A DNA stretch of 37,887 bases from Catajapyx aquilonaris. Its lineage: Eukaryota. Of the stretch, positions 34,160-37,887 are shown in pieces. The DNA is taken from assembly GCA_000934665.2 (NCBI GenBank), contig JYFJ02003781.1, positions 1 through 37,887 on the forward strand, in the 5' to 3' direction. The notes beneath the pieces are model-generated. The model searched no databases. It saw only the letters and a program-made list of their open reading frames with translations, and was not told the origin of the DNA. The translations under genes were made by a program, and so were the position numbers. Each line of letters starts with the position of its first letter. The stretch's first letter is position 1.

Positions 34160-34439
34160 CAGTGCTTTCCAATTACTTTCATTGGCGACCCCAAAAAATT
34201 GTTTCGTATAATTTACGACCCCCAGATGAGCACATTTGGATCCCCTAATATGAAATGACAGGTAAACAATGAAATGGAAATCATTGATAATATTGTCGAG
34301 TATCTGAAAGTTGTTCTGTAACTATTTTCAAGAGAGAGAGAATCATTTTATGATAATAATTTGCTACCCTCCCTCCCGACCCCAAATATTACGTTCACGA
34401 TCTCAAATGGGGTCGCGACCCACAGTTTGGGAAGCATTG
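34160..34439. mobile_element. hAT-family MITE
   Basis: CAGTGCTTTCCAA ... TTGGGAAGCATTG termini, 8-bp TSD ATGTAGGT, subterminal CGACCC motifs. Confidence 0.85.
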
Positions 34440-34741
34440 ATGTAGGTGGTGATTATGTTGAGGACTGTGACTATACTTGCTCTGTATAAACGCAAATATG
34501 TTAATTACACCTAGGGTGCCACTACAAAACAAATAAGCCATTTTAGTTTGTGCAATGGCATCATTAATAAACCATTAAGTTATATTTAATAAAATATTTC
34601 TTCTATTGGGCAAAAGACTTGCTCCATTCTAGGCAAAGTGCAGATGACCCCACATTCCATTTTCAGACATCTAGGAAGACTGCAGGAGTAACCAGTGTTT
34701 GGTAGTATGATGCATTGTTTCATAAAAGTTAGCTGGTGAAT

Positions 34742-34785
34742 GAGTAAATACCACATGCATCAATTGATGCATGTGGTATTTACTC
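34742..34785. repeat. Perfect 44-bp spacerless palindrome
   Basis: GAGTAAATACCACATGCATCAA|TTGATGCATGTGGTATTTACTC. Confidence 0.95.
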
Positions 34786-34909
34786 CCAGTTTGAATTTAC
34801 ATGCTTCTCTAACAGTTGGATACAAAATCAAGTGATACTAAGAGACTAATAGACCTACTAACTTTTATTTTCATTTTCTTGGAAATTTTGATAATATCTT
34901 GGGTAAGTA

Positions 34910-35076
34910 GAGGTCTGTGCTACATACCTTGCACTGAGGTCAAGCACTAACTACAATACTACTACTAGTGCTACTTCTGCAGCTACTACTGCTACTGCTA
35001 ATACTTCTGCTGTGGCTGCTACTACTACTACCACTACCACACTACTGCTACTTCCATCACCACCATCTTCATTACT
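34910..35076 (+). repeat. Isolated SINE/LINE tail Y followed by a (CTA/CTG/CCA)n tract
   Basis: AGGTCTGTGCTACATACCTTGCACTGAGGTCAAGCACTA matches the A1 tail at 1404-1440. Confidence 0.7.
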
Positions 35077-35090
35077 ATTAATTCATTTCT

Positions 35091-35437
35091 GGGGAGGCGG
35101 AGTGGCGCTGCTGCAATGTATGAGCCCACGGATAGAGGGGTCCCGGGATCGATCTCAGCCCGGGGTCTCCCCCCTTCATCTCGTGTAGAGTTGGGGTCGT
35201 CTCTGGCTTCGTCTTGGGTGGAATCTCCGCTAGACTAATCCACCTGGGGGAGTTCACAAAATGTACCATTACAGACATTGCACTTTGCATATCCCCTCCC
35301 AGTCACCTAGCCTGCGGACCCGGGCTATTCGCAACAAGGTTCCAATATATGTACACATTGTACTGTACCATAGGCCTAAAAAGAAAAATAAAGGTCCGTG
35401 CAATACCTTCTCAGTTGGGAAGTCCATACTACCCAAA
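35091..35437 (+). mobile_element. SINE family A, copy A5 (tail Y variant)
   Basis: Head and core as in A1; 13-bp TSD ATTAATTCATTTC at 35077-35089 and 35438-35450. Confidence 0.9.
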
Positions 35438-35784
35438 ATTAATTCATTTCATAGCCATTTGGGAGGCCAGGGACCTCTCTGGGGATAGATATACACAGTG
35501 TACATGAATTCATTTCCCAAGATTATGTGTGGTAGACAGCGGAGGATTCCCCTCCTGCCGCCCTTAGGCAGTTGAGATCCCCCCCTGCATACCGCTGTAA
35601 ATTTCCATTTTTCTCTTGTGGTCTCTCCTATATTTCATTTCATTTTTAAACAAAATTCGTTGCAACTCATGGCCGCCCTTCGGAAATTATCTTTTCTTCC
35701 TATAGCAGTAAACCAAGTGCTCAAAAAGGTGATTTTTTGTGATCTCGCCTTTATTTATTATTATTGTAATTGAAAAAATAATAT

Positions 35785-36081
35785 TATAATATTAATTCAT
35801 AATTCATACCCCGTTATCAGCCGGCGGCTCTTTAGGGGGGATATTTTTTTTGTTTTGACTGGAACTCTTCCTTTCATTTTTACTGCGCTTTTTGGGAAAG
35901 GATAGGAAAGGAAGGAGGCAGCTGTGGCCTATTAGTTTAGGAAACAACTCCGGAATTTCCTGGAGGAACCGTGGGAAACCACAGAAAACCACGGTTAGAG
36001 TTGCTGGCACCGGGATTCGAACCCAGGACCTCCCAATTAGTAGTCGGATACCATATCCCCTCCGCCACCACTGCTTCGGTC
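35785..36081 (-). mobile_element. tRNA-derived SINE with Inv-type central segment (tail X)
   Basis: B box GGTTCGAATCCC; core GGTTTTCTGTGGTTTCCC...CTCCAGGAAATTCCGG...TAGGCCAC..CTGCCTCCTTCC; 14-bp TSD TGAAAAAATAATAT at 35771-35784 and 36082-36095. Confidence 0.88.
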
Positions 36082-36371
36082 TGAAAAAATAATATATATT
36101 CCAACTCGCGGCCTACTGTGCCTAATGGGAAATCCGGTGCTGGTGGTAGGAGGTGTGTAGGGAAGAAGCATGGCATGGGTTCGAAAGGCCAGCAACAATG
36201 TTGACATCGATGATGTCTATCCTGACAAGTGTGGATACCCCCGTGCATGCCCGCATTTCTGGGGTCAGGGGCTCATACTCCAAAACCATTGCTCACCTGG
36301 TATGGAATCCAGTGATGAAGGCAGGAGTCGACAAGGGAAACTCCATTTTTTCTAAACCATGGGAGGGACAT

Positions 36372-37887
36372 TAGGGTGGAGTGAAAAAAGTCAATATTTT
36401 TTTTTTCGGAAATGGGTACCCTTCAATGACTGTGTATGAGACCTAGTAACAATTCTGTAAAATTTTTAATTTTTACGACGTCATCTTGAGTCTGCACATT
36501 TGGCTTAAAGTTTGAAATTTTTTGAAATTTTTTATATTCTTACAATTTTTTTTTAAGTACTTGAAACAAAAAAAAACCCCTGCCGGGTAGTCACTACATA
36601 GTTGAACAAGGCCTGAAATATAGACAGGATTTTTTAAAACATTTTTAGGTGGTGGTTTCAGTCTGCATATGAGGCTTAAACTTATCCAAATATTCGTAAA
36701 TGTCTGATATTTTTAACGTTTTATCATTATTTCTGATATCCTCTTTTAATGTTATCAAAACTTGTTTATATAGCTTTCGTTATTCAACTTTGCATTGTGC
36801 AACTCTTCGCTACTGCATATTAAACTACCCAGGACTCACCACGGGGAGGTGGTTGCACTTGGAGTCCCACCCATGCCCTCCCAACCACCCAACCATGAGA
36901 GCATGTATTTACGTCTTGAAGATAAGTCTTCAACAGGTAAATTGTTTCTATGTGTCACATATTGGACGGATATTTCTATCAAGCATTCTAGTTTTGATTA
37001 AGCTTTCTCTTTTCTTTTGATCACAGAACAATTTGGAGGAAGCAGTGACTTCTTTGACGGCTCTTTCTACCGCTTGAGTGTGATGTGATGGGAATTCAAA
37101 AAGAGTGCACTCAGAAGCTATGTTTACACTCTCGGTATCCAGGAACCTTAGTTTGCAAATCCTGATTTGTCAAATGACTTGGGAGAGGTGGTTCTGTCAC
37201 TTCCACATCATTCCAAACAATCATATCGACATACTCTAATAATGCTCCAAAATTTATTTTCGGGATTTCAAATCGTCTTAGTGGTTTACTTGCTTGTTCT
37301 CTAGATCGAGCCCTGATGATACGTCTTAAAGCCAGTTTCTTTATATGATCTCTCTTATCAACCAACATAGCTATGAGAATGTTTTCATGGTGAGCAAAGT
37401 ATCCATTGTCTTGGATACATTTGTGTACAATTTTCCGATTTTTCTCAGATAGGTAAGTGCAACTCTTTATGGTTTCCCACAAGTTTTGAGCTCCATTATA
37501 AGCTTTTGGATTACACTAAATGGTGTGCCAGATATGACCCAGTGGGCATTACTTAGATTAGTGGGCATTACAGGGTTAATGTTTGCGATGGAATTTTTGT
37601 AGCTACGTATAATCTTAGAATTCTATTAGCTGTAGTCAACCATCTGGCATGGGAGAGCTTTCCTGGACTTCTGTTTTCTAATTCCGGAGATATTTTCCCA
37701 CTCGAAACAGCTGTACAATTGTGCAGCTCACCATGAAAACATTCTCATAGCTATGTTGGTTGATAAGAGAGATCATATAAAGAAACTGGCTTTAAGACGT
37801 ATCATCAGGGCTCGATCTAGAGAACAAGCAAGTAAACCACTAAGACGATTTGAAATCCCGAAAATAAATTTTGGAGCATTATTAGAG
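36372..37887 (-). mobile_element. hATm-like transposon remnant (3' end plus disrupted transposase C-terminus) with inverted duplication, running off the window
   Basis: Terminus TAGGGTGG at ~36372; minus-strand fragments PGKLSHARWLTTANRILRLYV, NGYFAHHENILIAML...LALRRI..AR...PKINF...VTEPPL and FPSHHTQAVERAVKEVT (~36950-37715), with frameshifts. Superfamily assignment is from memory of these motifs. Confidence 0.75.

Overview
Eukaryotic genomic DNA, probably from an arthropod (inferred from intron style and SINE types). It holds one 5'-partial protein-coding gene on the + strand, IFT140 (IFT-A complex, WD40 + TPR). I reconstructed 20 GT-AG exons by hand between 3412 and 27633. Their phases are consistent throughout and they encode ~1294 aa; the N-terminal exons appear to lie upstream of the window. 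Introns are bimodal: 54-64 nt, or 0.9-6.8 kb and packed with mobile DNA. Mobile DNA seen: five copies of one tRNA-derived SINE family; a V-domain-like SINE; an Inv-type SINE; many MITEs with recognisable TIRs and TSDs (Tc1/mariner/pogo, piggyBac-like, Kolobok-like, PIF/Harbinger, hAT, Ginger2-like); an internally deleted mariner; a Helitron 3' end; a 1-kb near-perfect palindrome; and a hATm-like transposase remnant folded back on itself at the window end. The most unusual signal is a modular SINE system. One SINE body with a covarying core hairpin carries three different structured 3' tails, and one of those tails is shared with two unrelated SINE bodies. No database searches were run; family names come from motif recognition.
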